Shown here in pieces: positions 22,833-35,957 of a stretch of DNA of 64,000 nt (its first letter is position 1; every line of letters starts with the position of its first letter). This stretch comes from Paraphysomonas bandaiensis (lineage: Eukaryota > Protista > Chrysophyceae): contig CBFFRP010000209.1 in the NCBI GenBank assembly GCA_965644295.1, positions 82,036-146,035 of the forward strand. The letters are read 5' to 3'. A program made the translations under genes and the position numbers. The notes beneath the pieces are model-generated. The model was given only the letters and a program-made list of their open reading frames with translations, had not been told where the DNA came from and made no database searches.

Positions 22833-24974
22833 GTCCGTCTGCATCCGCACTGATGAAGCACTCTCCGCCAGACGTAGAGCTCTATAGGCCATCGTGCCAA
22901 AGGTGTCCTGCTCGAAAGCATTGCAGCTAATAGAGCATGTAAAAGGAAGGTGAACTGGGTTCGGTCACACCCAGAAAGACGTACCACGGATGAATCGGAA
23001 ATGGACATTCGAGGGCAAGGGCACCTACATAACAGATGCGGTTGCAGGTGCGGACTGGCACGAAGTCGACCGACTACTTGGTCGACAAAATTACACTGTC
23101 TGTACAATCGAGGTCGACATAGCCATCGAACGCTTGCTAACAGCTGGTTTATGGCACTGCTGGCACTTGCCCGGAATACGATGGCCACACCATACGAGTC
23201 CACTTCTTATTGATTTTCAAGCCCTTTGCAACAGACGGACACTTGAGACCTACACTGCGCATCGGGATCAATGCTATGGACACAATCCCGACCGAGCGCC
23301 CGGCTACTGGACTGACAGCGGGGCACTTCTCCCGCGCAAACTGGCTCAAGTGGAATGAGGCCCTTCCAAGGATAAAGACAGCTCACACCTACTACGCCAG
23401 AGAGTACTTAACGCGGCACTGACATGGGACAAATCTTTTTGTATAGGACGAAACCGGGCCAAAACCAAACAAGGCATTGACCAGACTAAAGCACTGTGGT
23501 TTTCGCCTGGACTCTCTCAAACACATGCGCCTAGACTGCACACATGATTCCATCACCCAATCGAGGTCGACATAGCCATCGAACGCTTGCTAACAGCTGG
23601 TTTATGGCACTGCTGGCACTTGCCCGGAATACGATGGCCACACCATACGAGTCCACTTCTTATTGATTTTCAAGCCCTTTGCAACAGACGGACACTTGAG
23701 ACCTACACTGCGCATCGGGATCAATGCTATGGACACAATCCCGACCGAGCGCCCGGCTACTGGACTGACAGCGGGGCACTTCTCCCGCGCAAACTGGCTC
23801 AAGTGGAATGAGGCCCTTCCAAGGATAAAGACAGCTCACACCTACTACGCCAGAGAGTACTTAACGCGGCACTGACATGGGACAAATCTTTTTGTATAGG
23901 ACGAAACCGGGCCAAAACCAAACAAGGCATTGACCAGACTAAAGCACTGTGGTTTTCGCCTGGACTCTCTCAAACACATGCGCCTAGACTGCACACATGA
24001 TTCCATCACCCAGATAAGGGAGACTGCCTTTCAAAGGCACAAAAATACTCTCCAAAAAATACAAAGAGAGCAGACCCAACTCCACTGCGTCACAAATGCG
24101 CTACAGAGACTCTCCAGTAGGGCCTGGAATCCCTCCATCCCGCAGGTGGAGAGATACTGGACCGGAACCATCACAACAGCCCAACTTGAAACGGTCTTTG
24201 GAGACCACGTACACAACTCCCTGACGGCACACAGTCTTCGACACCTAGAAATAGCGGTTATCGATCTACTTCAACCGCTTTATGCTGCAGCGAAGCTAAT
24301 GTTACAGGATCGCGGCCGCTGTTACATCACTCTGCACAAAGGACTTTCTAGGTTACCCCCGCGACCGCGTCAGAAACGGAGTCAGCCATGGAAACGTCCG
24401 AGAGTGCTACGATTACTAGAGGGATTCACAGAAGACCCGCGACTGCACCACCTCCCGCCTCACACACAAATCCCACCGGCCTAATCCAAACGAATTTATC
24501 ACCGTCCAGACCCCCCAAAGACGTCGTCTCCGGCAACTCCATCAACTCCAGAGGTCCAAAAAGAGCACAGCATCAATGCCCACACATTCAACGCCTCATC
24601 CCACCACTCTATCCAACTCACAGCCCACCCACCTAGAACTCGGTATACTCAGGAGCTTAATACGAAACCCTGAGCCCCCTCCTAACCCAGTGGAGTCTCA
24701 TCCTAAGGGGAGACCTCCAGATCACACGCGCCGGTGAGTCCCAGGACACACGATCATGGCGAGCCTTATAACACACACTAAGAACGGAAATGGTTGCACC
24801 TTGGTGCTTGCGGCGACGCACAAGCAGCTTCTGTAGCGTTAAATAGTAGGATAAAAGAGTTTGTATTGATTAGTTACGGATAGAGGTCTCAATAGTATGT
24901 CTAGTATTCTTCTAGCCACTAATTAGTGCAGGTTTTCAACGCCTATTGCTAAATAATAAGACATTCAATATACT
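22833..24974 (+). mobile_element. 5'-truncated LINE encoding RNase H C-terminus and CCHC knuckle, frameshifted, with internal 453-bp tandem duplication
   Basis: VNWVRSHPERR...WTFEGKGTYITDAVAG (RNase H end), CGFRLDSLKHMRLDC; conserved tail at 24780-24970; possible TSD CACTACAA (22825-22832 / 24975-24982). Confidence 0.85.
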
Positions 24975-24997
24975 CACTACAACTGTACTATATACAT

Positions 24998-25149
24998 CAC
25001 GGCCTGGTAACAATCAATGGGTCATTAATGGTTAATGGTATTGCCATTGTAGTAGCATAACTGCCGGAACGCCGGGACATATTTATCGATTGCCATTATA
25101 GTTACCAGGAACTGGGCACTCATTAAAGGTTACCAGTTCCCAGGCCCTC
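24998..25149. mobile_element. hAT-derived MITE (152 bp)
   Basis: Termini CACGGCCTGGTAAC...CCAGGCCCTC match the hAT TIR at 3959-3972; near-TSD ATATACAT/ATATATAT (8 bp). Confidence 0.75.
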
Positions 25150-25620
25150 ATATATATCGCATCATACTGCAGAACTCAACAACTCAACGATACAAGAACA
25201 TAGTTAAATTCTTCTGAATAATATAGTTTATACCAGAGAATACGATTTTCATAGTGTCTGATTAGGCTCTAGATAAACACTGGAATTTATATCCAACAAT
25301 GCATTGAAAACTGTGACCCTCGTGCTTATACTATGAAGACTGTAATATATTGACTGTAAATTTATAGTGTAAATTTATGTTGACTCCAATGGGAAAGTCT
25401 ATTGCTAACAGTATTCTGTTGACCCTTTCTGAAAGGAACAATTACAAAAGCTCAACAAGTAATTATACTACTCGCATAACGTATTCACCCTGCATGAATG
25501 CAACAAAAAGTACCTTCTATACTCCTTGGTCAACGCATTACTTTCACTTAAATATAACGCACCATATTATTATTACTCACACATCGATGACACAAAAATA
25601 ATAAAGTGAGCAGAAAATTA

Positions 25621-27994
25621 TCAACTTACAAAATCTCCAATTCGCGAAGCTGGATTGCCGGCATATATCCCGCTCTCCGTAATGCTCTTAGTAACAACAC
25701 TTCCAGCTCCAACAACAACATAGTCGCATATATTCACTGGCAATATTGTTGCATTAGTACCGATAACAACATGATTTCCGATAGTTGTTCGCAGTAGCTT
25801 ATCCTCTCTATCAGATCGTTTCAAAGATATACCTATATATAAATATGTTAGGAAGAACTAACGAAATTGCACTAAATAACCTTTCATTAGATCATTCACA
25901 AATTTAGCGCCGTGTCCTACAAAACAGTCTGAACCTATTGAAACATATTCACATATAAAAGCATGACTTTGAATTCTAGTGCGGGCACCGATGGTCACAC
26001 TACTCTGAATTTCAACAAAGGGACCCACGAATACATCGTCGTAAAGTGTACATTCATATAAATTAGTGGGTTCGATAATAGTGATACCCTGTCCAACCTG
26101 ACAGTCTCGTATCTGATGCGTCAGTACCCGAACAGAAGACTGCGCCCCACAATTTTCAGGATTATGAGTAAATACAGTCAAATTCGTCGATTCGGCATTC
26201 TCATCATTTAATAATAATTCACTCTGCTGTTGTCGCTTTCCCTTGACATGCGCAGAAACATATTCTCCAGGGTTTATTGAAAAGTAAAATGCTTTCACTA
26301 CACGCACAACCTGTAGTACCTGTTGATCGGTAAGGGTAGGACACATGGGAAGCGAAAGAATTCGGTCACAACAGCTGTCGCTCATGGGAAGATGAGCTGC
26401 ACAACTCGCATAATTCTTGAAACTTTGTTGTCTATGAATAGGTACAGGGTAGTGAATGAGTGCCCCAATCTTGAATTTATTCGTCATCCACTCAAGCAAA
26501 GCATCCCTATGCTCAGTATGTATCACGAACTGGTGATATACTGGCACGCAGGCAGGGGGCACTGCAGGAAATGATATATCTTCCACACCCGTCAGACTAG
26601 TAGTGTATAGGTCTGCAATTTGCCTCCTTCGGATATTCCAGTCATTGAGATAATTGATCTTAACACCCAATACCGCCGCCTGCAACGTGTCGATTCGATA
26701 ATTAAGACCCTTACTGTCATTGTAATATTTCCGATTGGATCCATAGTTCTTTAGAAGTCGTATTGCATCCGCTAGCTTGTTGCTATCAGTGGTGCACGCA
26801 CCAGCATCTCCGTATGCTCCTAGATTCTTTCCAGGGTAGAAGGACCAACACCCAATGTCGCCAAAGGACCCGACGCATCGATCATTCCATCTAGCCCCAT
26901 GAGCATGAGCGCAGTCTTCAATAAGAAAGAGGCCTCTTCGCTGACATATGTCCACAAGTCTGTCCATGTCACAGCATATACCATACATATGAACCGCAAG
27001 AATTGCTTTAGTCCTACTGGTAATCGCCCCCTCGATGAGGTTGAGATCCAACTGATAGGAGTCATCATGATCTATTAGTACCATTCTCGCTCCGCACTTA
27101 TCGACCACCAAAGCGTCAGCTATATACGCGTTTCCTTGTAAAATCACTTCATCCCCCTCACCAACGCCTAGAGCTTCCATCGCAACAAGTAGAGCATCCG
27201 TCCCTGATGTCAACCCTACGCAGTGTTTAGTATTCACATAAGACGCCCATTTAAGTTCAAAATCCTGTACAGCAGGACCGTTGACGTAGCACGCACTATC
27301 CAGTACATCTTTTATCGCTTCATCTACCTCTGTCTTAATTATTTGATAGCTGGCTCGCAGATTCAAAAAAGGCACCGGAACTACTTCTAGTTTGTCCTAC
27401 ATACAGAAGAGGTCATACAGATGATAATGCATATATGTCAAAGTAGTACCATTGTCATGTTATCACAAGCCATAAGTTTCACATGCATCTTTTCTTCCTC
27501 AAGTTTCTCTATAATATTTTTATATTGATTATAGTCACCAATATAATCAAGTGGATCAAATGGTGTACTACATGCAGATAATAATATTGATCCAGCATCA
27601 ATAAAACGTAATTCAGCCCATTCAAGTTTTTTATGATAGAGACTATCTCCTGATTTTAATATAATCGTTTTTCTTGATATCACTGTATCAATAGTCACCT
27701 CGATACGACCCGATACACAATATAAAAGTTGATCTATAAGTAAATTAAATCAATCAAATGAAATTATTATATAAAGAATTAGATAGATATGTATGTATGT
27801 ATGCATGTATGTATGTATGTATGTATATACATACCTGTTTTATAATGTGCATGTTTTCCTCGTATACAATTCATGGGAGTCTCTGTGATGATAAAGATAC
27901 GTTGACATACAAATGGTAAATGATTGAAATTAAATGCTGTTAAATATCCACGATGATCATGATAATGATTAATATAATTAGGAGGTGATGACAT
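25621..27994 (-). CDS. Trifunctional NDP-amino-sugar biosynthesis protein: FdtA/QdtA-like cupin 3,4-ketoisomerase + DegT/FdtB PLP aminotransferase + hexapeptide-repeat N-acyltransferase; exons 27994-27835, 27733-27450, 27396-25881, 25832-25621 (723 aa)
   Basis: DHRGYL...RGKHAHYK...DYIGDY (FdtA pattern); SGTDAL, IEDCAHAHG, SFYPGKNLGAYGDAG (DegT family, PLP Lys); VFVGPFVEIQ...IGTNATILPV...GAGSVVTK...YAGNPA (LbH); three GT-AG introns keep the frame. Confidence 0.9.
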
Positions 27995-28057
27995 GATATC
28001 TTTGATATAATATCAGGATGGTTAAAGTTAAGAGTGAGTGGAGTGATATGAAGGTAC

Positions 28058-28309
28058 ATGTATGTATGTATGTATGTATGTATGTATGTATGTATGTATG
28101 TATGTATGTATGTATGTATGTATGTATGTATGTATGTATGTATGTATGTATGTATGTATGTATGTATGTATGTATGTATGTATGTATGTATGTATGTATG
28201 TATGTATGTATGTATGTATGTATGTATGTATGTATGTATGTATGTATGTATGTATGTATGTATGTATGTATGTATGTATGTATGTATGTATGTATGTATG
28301 TATGTATGT
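28058..28309. repeat. (ATGT)x63 tetranucleotide microsatellite in a divergent intergenic region
   Basis: Uninterrupted run of about 252 bp. Confidence 0.97.
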
Positions 28310-28600
28310 CTGTACATATACTGTACATATAACTTCTTACAGTGTCAAAACCAGGATTTTTATATCTAATAACAAGGAAAGAGCACATTTTGCATTTTGC
28401 AGTACAGAAGTATATAAAAACTTGGGCTTTGCACAACATGATTTTTCAGGATGTTATTTTGAAAGGCATCCACTCAAGATACTGAAAGTGAGTCAAGTGG
28501 ATGTGCAATGAAATTGCATCAAAATCATGTATCCATCCAACCTTATTATGCATGCATCCAACAACACAACAGCTAGTACAACTACAGTAGAAGTGCGACA

Positions 28601-30433
28601 ATGGAGACAACAAACGAAACCTCATTCAGTAAGAAGAAAAGAGGTTCAACAAAAGCGAACAAGAAACCCAAAAAACAATGCAATCCTCAAAGAATTCCCG
28701 TAACACTCTTATCAGGATTTCTTGGTACTGGGAAGACAACATTGCTGAAACATATTCTTGAGAACAAAGAAGGTCTTCGAGTTGCAGTTATTGTCAATGA
28801 TATGGCTGCGCTGAACATCGATGCATCCCTCATTGAAAAGAGTGGACTTGTTCAAACCCAGCAAGTAATTATGTATATAGCCATTTACTAAACATATTGT
28901 CTGATGTTCTGCTTGCAGGAACTTGTTCAGCTACAAAATGGATGCATTTGTTGTACCCTTCGAATGGATTTACTGAAAGAAATTAAGCGACTCTCAGATT
29001 CGAGAAGCTTTGACTACATCGTAATCGAATCGACCGGTATCGCAGAGCCTATGCAAGTTGCTGAAACATTCGAACTTGATCCTCATACGTTGGCTACTGC
29101 TGAAGATGAGATTACTGCGCTCACCTCTTACTCCAGGCTTGATACTTGTGTGACTGTTGTGGATCTCTCGATGATGAAGCGCAACATTTCTTCAATCGAA
29201 ACGATACGAGCGGCATACAATGAAGGCACCCAGGATGCAGAGGGGGACAAGCACATTGGTCATCTGCTCATTGATCAATTGGAATTTGCCAACGTCATCA
29301 TTCTCAACAAGTGTGACATGGTTCAGACGACTGATATTGAATTTGCCAAGACTTTTATTTCCAAAATCAACCCGACAGCGCGAGTTATTTGTTCGACATA
29401 TAGTCAAGTCGATCCCAAGCATATTTTGAACACTGGCTTCTTTTCGATGGAAGAGGCTCGAAGTTCCGCTGGTTGGTTGAAAGATCTCATGAACCCGACG
29501 CAGAAATCGGAGAGTGAAGAGTACGGTGTCTTGTCATTCGTTTACTCTGCGCGCCGACCCTTTCATCCAGATCGATTGAACACCTGTTTGAGAGAAATAT
29601 TCGTACTGTCAGACGAAATCGCCTCCGACCCTCGTGCTACATTTGGAACCATTTGTGACAGCGCGACTCTGCAAAAGTTCGCCGACGAACGGCAGGACAA
29701 AATGGAGCAGAAGTTTGGATGGATCGCTCGATCCAAAGGTTTCATTTGGATCGCCTCCCGAGGGGAGGTCATGGCCGAGTGGAACCATGGGGGGAGAATT
29801 TTGGACATATCTCCTTCGACGGAGTGGTTCGTGGATATTCCTGAGAGTGAGTGGGAATTGCCCGAAGAGGCTGCTGCAGAGATGAAGACAAAGTTTAAAG
29901 GAAAGTATGGCGACAAGAGACAAGAAATCGTGTTTATCGGAATCGAAATCAATCAAGAAGCCATTACGAAAGCTCTCGATGCATGTTTGTTGTCCGATAA
30001 AGAGTTTGGGCTTCATCAGGCCTCATGGTCTTGCCTACATGACCCTTTGCCTGCGTGGCCTCTTCCAGAAGGCATGTGGATGCAAACGACTTTCAGTGGG
30101 AAGGCCACAACACTCAATATTTTGGACAACATGGAACTAAAGATCACCCATCTGTCCCTGGAGACCTCAGATATTGGTGCTCCAGTCGCCTGTCAGGTCT
30201 TTGTGCGGAACAAATATGAAGACAAACTGATTTGCACCCTGCGATCGGTGACATGTGAGCAAGTGCTCACCAAAGTTTATTTGCATGGAGCACCCCACGA
30301 AATCCGTGTGGTCACTTCGCCAACGACGTCGGGCGAAGGATCTGCTGTTGTTCATCTATTTGGCTTTGTATCGATTCTTTCTGAAGATAATAAAGACGAA
30401 GAGCACAATCATGACGACACTCAGCAGGCGTAA
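28601..30433 (+). CDS. COG0523/CobW-family metallochaperone GTPase with CobW_C and a C-terminal nucleoplasmin-like domain; exons 28601-28864, 28919-30433 (592 aa)
   Basis: [22 protein letters not shown] (CxCC), [35 protein letters not shown]; 54-nt phase-0 intron. Confidence 0.92.
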
Positions 30434-30713
30434 GCACAGTTGGCAGCGATCGGCCACAGCAAAATCGAATTCTTTGAGAGAATGGAATAAACTAATTATA
30501 GGATTTTATTTCTGCTGCAATAGCAATAATATGTGATCGTCTGCCGAAAAATCAAAACTTTTGAAAAATGGAATAAACTAATAATAGTTTTTACACCTGC
30601 TGCAATAGCAATCAATTTTTCTTTACCATCTGACAGATATTTCTATATACAGTACACAGTACATTACTTAGTGCATTTAACGGAAACGAGCATTCAAGAA
30701 AACAGCCATTGTC

Positions 30714-32846
30714 TTATAGATGTGTGCTGCCCGAAGCAATACGTTCATACATCTGCAGATCTAAGCTGCATACAGTACCATCTCTATGGGAATAGTAGAA
30801 TAAATTGTCGCGTACTTTACGTGGATCGAATCCATCTTCTACAAGCACAGTTTTCTTGTGCTTAAAAGTACTCGTCAGGGCCATACTGTTTTGAATTCTT
30901 ATGAATACAGGGCGTGCATAAGGAGCTAGGTGTGCACAACACACATCATGGAAGTGTCGCCAGTCCGAAGCAGTGGGTATCATTGTACTATCCTTAAGAG
31001 CTATGGCTGCCATTCCTGCCTTGCCTTCACACCCAGGCACAGGTACCCCATACACTACCACATCACTAACAAATGATACCTCTGACAACACATGTTCAAC
31101 CTATTCCACAAGTTTCAATACGTAAGTCTGATACAAACTGAAGGAAGAGAAGCATACCTCAGTTGATGCGACATTTTCTCCTTTCCACCTGAATGTGTCA
31201 CCGACGCGGTCAACCCAGTAATAAAACCCGAACCAGTCCCGTCTTAAAAGGTCACCGGAGTTAAAGTATGTATCTCCATCAGAGAAAACACCTCGCAAAA
31301 TCTTATTCCCTGTGGCATTGTGGTCGGAATACCCCTCAAACCGCGAGAGGGCACTCTTGTTGTTTATAAGACCCACAACTAGACCAGGTTCATTCACATC
31401 CACTAGAACACATCGACCGGTGACAGGGTCACGAAGTGGGACGTCCTTATGCACAGGATCAACCCGTATGAGTCGGACAGGATAAAAAATATCGGCAGCA
31501 CGAGGAATACATCCGACAGACCCAACTTTACCACTGCTATTCGCCATGCCTATATTGCTCTCAGTAGCCGAGTACAGCTCAATAATGCGACCAATGTTGT
31601 ATCGCTTCCGAAATGGCTCCCACACATCAGCACGTAAGCCTATGTATATACCATTGCCAGGACATCACAAATACACCACACAAGCATGAATATACATTTC
31701 ACTCACCATTTCCCAGAGCGTATTTAATGTGTAGTTTTGAGTCGTCTGGATTAACTGGGGCATTAAGCAAGAATCGGCACAGCTCACCAATGTACTGTAT
31801 AGATGTGCATCGATACTTTAGACAGTCTGACGTAAAGTTTCTCACTGAGAATTTTCTCCTGTATCACAATAACTGAAATAAGAAGAGTATATTAAATGAT
31901 GTATACACACCGCAACACCAACGTAGCCCCAGATAACAGAGTCCCACCAGCCGCAAGAATTCCCCCTGCGGAGTGATAAAGTGGCAAGCAGCAGTACATG
32001 CGTTCACCGGGCTGCATATAGGTCATCACCCGTGCGGGAATAGTCGCCATAAGAAAACGTGTACTGGATATCTTCGCCGCTTTCGGCAATCCTGAACCAC
32101 ATCACCAGCTGTTAATGATATCACATATTCATCTCTCTACTACAAAGACCTGTCGTGCCACTGGTAAAAACATATAAGAGAGGGTCACTGTCCTTCACAG
32201 AATTTCGAGAAGACCGTGGCGGTCTTGATATGGGAAGCGAGGACACAGTATGACACAACTCTTCCCAATTAATGCAAATCACACCATCCTTCTCAAGCTC
32301 CATGATCTCACTTTGTAATGACGGCCATAAGTCACTGTCAATGACCACAATCTTTTTCTCCGAATTATTAGTAGATACACGAACATTGTGAAGTAAAGGT
32401 TTGCCAGTCACACTGGTATTCAGCAAAGAAGTACTAATTCCCACCTTGGCCATCCCAAGCCAAAATGCAACAAAATATGGATGATTATAAAGCATAAGAC
32501 ATACTGTATTTTTTTGATTTATATTCATATGATTTTTAATCCAATAAGCAAATTGATTTGATTTATTTTCTAATGCACCAAGTGTAACAATCTCACCACT
32601 ATCAGCATTAATAATATAATTTATATGATGATTTTTATCAATATAATATTCGATGATATCAGTAATATTCCATATAGTATCATTATGTTTTATTTCATGT
32701 AGTTTTATATATATAAATATAGTGATAAGTTCATATATGTTACGTATCGTTCCTGTAATGAGATGATAAGGATGTTTATCTTGATAGTTAATGTGTAAGT
32801 AATAGAAGATTATAAGAGATAGTAGTATGAATACAAGATATAACAT
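30714..32846 (-). CDS. Long-chain fatty acid transport protein / acyl-CoA synthetase (FATP/SLC27); exons 32846-32150, 32091-31911, 31858-31707, 31639-31158, 31100-30714
   Basis: YVFTSGTTGLPKAA, LPLYHSAG, YIGELCRFL, DRVGDTFRWKGENVASTEVE, GCEGKAGMAA. Confidence 0.93.
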
Positions 32847-33509
32847 TATGATATGTGTGTTATGATGTATGTGGTTATGTGGTTAAGTGTATGTGATCTT
32901 AGTATGTGATCTTTGGGTTCTATAGCACTATGATCTCTTCATAGTAGAACTACGTACTGCCATATCCTACATACTCATATATACAGCAGTACATACTATT
33001 CCTACACACTGAGACCATATCATATCCTACACACTCATATACATACATACACTACATACTGTACATGTTGCTGTTGAATTCGTGTCAACTATGGAAAAAA
33101 ATCCCAGGATTTTTGCTGTACATTGTATTTACAATGAAAAAGGGCGGTTTTTTCGTCAGGTCGACATATCACATACACAATACATCCATATACACTCTGT
33201 ATTATAACGTCCTTCAATACTACCCTACCATATTATATCATAGATATATAATTGGTACACTTTCATCAATTCAACCAATAAAAAACATCTGATTGGTTCT
33301 AATATTACACTTCTGTTCTTAATATAGAATGAAAGTATTCTATTCCTAACTATGATGTTATTAAGAAGCATCCCACACATCTCTCTATATATACATACAT
33401 ATACGCCTATTAACAGTCTCTATATACCACACTTGTACCTATACCTCTATATACATACACAGATCCTCTATACAACAACCAACCTCTCCTATACTTCGAA
33501 TATATCCAT

Positions 33510-34806
33510 ATGTCTAATCCAATAAAGAAGACAACCAAACAAAGTAATTGGCATAAAGAACAAACATCTAATTCAAAAAACAAAACTACATCTTCATTAA
33601 CAGGACTTCGATGTATTGCACATAGTACAAAATTAGATCCCCATGATTATCAATCAATACAAAGTATGGTCCCTATGAATCCACAACAACATCATGATTA
33701 TCATGCATATATACACAAAACACAATCAAAAAAACAATTTCAACAAAAACAAAAAACTGAAAATGAAATAAAACAAAAAAATATGACTAAAAATCGTTCT
33801 ATAACACCAACTTCAACTACACAAGATATGATCGTATCTTGTCAAGATATGAGAACTAAAGATGAATTAACAGAGAAAAAGAAATATTCATATAATATAA
33901 AAGATGAACCAATTACTTATTATACACATGCTGCAATGCATAGAAATGATATTGGTTTTCCTACGACATCTGTGGGTAATTTGGAAAAGCCTTGGGCTAG
34001 GGGCACATCAATATCAGGACGTGAGTCAAAGTGCATATATGCTTCATTATTATATGTATATTGTCCAATATATAATATCCATCTTAAAACATGCATACAA
34101 TATAATGTATCTTCTCATGGTTGTTCCAGATGTCAATAATGGGACACTCCAACACTTCGGCACTTTTGATAATCCAGGCAATCCCCCTACTATTCGTGAA
34201 ATGCGTATTCTGCGTCACTTACGTGAATCAATAGCGAAGTCGCTTGCGTCTGTCTCTCCACCAGGAAAGCAAGGTAGTACTGTGCGGCTAGTCACCCAGC
34301 ATCTACTGGATTTGAACAACGAGAACATTCCCCGTGCACCAGTGGATGACGTGGCCAATGTGCTTTCCGAGACTGGTGGCGTGACTCTCTCTTCCGAACA
34401 GTGTGATGCTCTTAAAGTTGCGTTTTCAAGGTACAACGACGATCGAATTATACTAGTTGAATTCGTAGACTTTCTGCGCGGACCATTGTCACAGTATCAG
34501 ACTAATCTTGTGATCAAAGCCTTTATTGCGTGCAGTCCCGACGAAAATGATTTCGTTTCTGAAGAAGGGATTGCGGGTGCATTTAACACCTCTAATGCAG
34601 CGAACACATCTGGATCTGGTGGCTTAAGCGGAAAGGAGCTGCTTAACCATTTTCTCGATAGTTTGATGGCATACACAACATCATCCAACGGCTTTGAGTT
34701 AAACGATTTCATTGAGTACTATCGCGACGTCAACTGTGAAATGAACGACCCAGAATTGTTTATCAGTACATTAATCGCGATGTGGGGCATTGACCCTGCA
34801 GACTAG
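33510..34806 (+). CDS. Calcyphosin-like EF-hand protein; exons 33510-34020, 34130-34806 (395 aa)
   Basis: EFVDFLRGPLS...VIKAF and DFIEYYRDVNCEMNDPELF...MW; phase-1 intron 34021-34129. Confidence 0.78.
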
Positions 34807-35803
34807 GTACACGGTTCAAAAACCAGGCCTGAATATATCTGCTCTGATTCCATGGAGTCCTGATAAAAATATATATATCGCTTGTTAGAAGATTACACGT
34901 GACGATATGATGAGTGTATGTAATACTATAATATAAATATCAATATCTAGTTCAAGGAATAAATCCATACATAGTGTTACAGCAAAAGCAGTAAGATGTT
35001 TCTAGATTTCTACATATTACATATAGCTCAGATAAATATATTGCGCCTCAGTACGAGTACACCATCTGTCTTTGTTTAAGTTGGCATTCTTTTCGGTGAC
35101 TATCATCTCCACACAGTTTTCAATTCAGTTTAATCTCAAACCGTCATCCACATTACCTATCACTTATTTCTGGTATTTGTTCCTTCTAATGGATGGCTGC
35201 TTCAAACTGCAACTTGCGAATGACCTTTTCACCTTTCATGGAATCCCTTCATGTGCTGGAGAAATGTATACTCTCCCACGAAACGCCTGGTAACTAGTAG
35301 TTTAAAATCTATTCGCGAGATTTACGGCTCCTTGAGAATTGGTAGAATATTGAGAGATGGAATTACCTACAATTGTATATATTTAGAACAATCTTGTAGG
35401 CTAGATATATGATTTATTTCACTTGCTATATCTGTTTTGACATGTATGTTTAGCAATACATTCTTTCGGTTTGAATACCCCAAGTACTAAAATAAATTAG
35501 ACATGAAATTACACCCCCTAATTTGTTTGTGTGTCATGGGACGATATTCCTTATTATAATACAGTTAGGTTATATTGTATAGCTACGTGTAGTTTTCTCG
35601 TAGAGGAAATAGGTGTCTTTGCCTATAAGAGTAAATGTAATAAATAAAAATCCTAATATATTGTCTATACTAGGAAAATGTAACTGCTTTTCTATGAGCA
35701 TGCCCTATTAATAAAGAATTGATTTGCATTGTTTGACCACGTGAGCAATAGCAGACCAATCGCGCAATCTAATAGATCTTGACTGATTATGGTACATATT
35801 ATT

Positions 35804-35957
35804 CGGGCTTGTCTAAAAAGGAATTGGCAATTAATTGGTAAAAGAAGAATTCAACAATAATAATTGTAGTTCTTTACCAAATATTCTACTATTGGCATTG
35901 CAATTAATTGGACATTATTGCTTATTAATTGCGTTCAATTCTATTGCCTTAAGCCTG
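35804..35957. mobile_element. Degenerate hAT-type MITE
   Basis: C(G)GGCTT...AAGCCTG termini and GGCAATTAATTGG subterminal motifs as in the 47403 element; no TSD found. Confidence 0.4.

Noticed and set aside
24825-24855. Pistol-ribozyme-like GCGTTAAATAG in the LINE/SINE tail
   Set aside because: No P1 or pseudoknot partners are present and the motif varies among copies.
27940-28511. ORFs made of HTYI/MYVC repeats
   Set aside because: These are translations of the (ATGT)n microsatellite.
25621-30433. Bacterial contamination as the source of the sugar and CobW genes
   Set aside because: Both genes have frame-restoring spliceosomal introns and sit among eukaryotic genes and host repeats.
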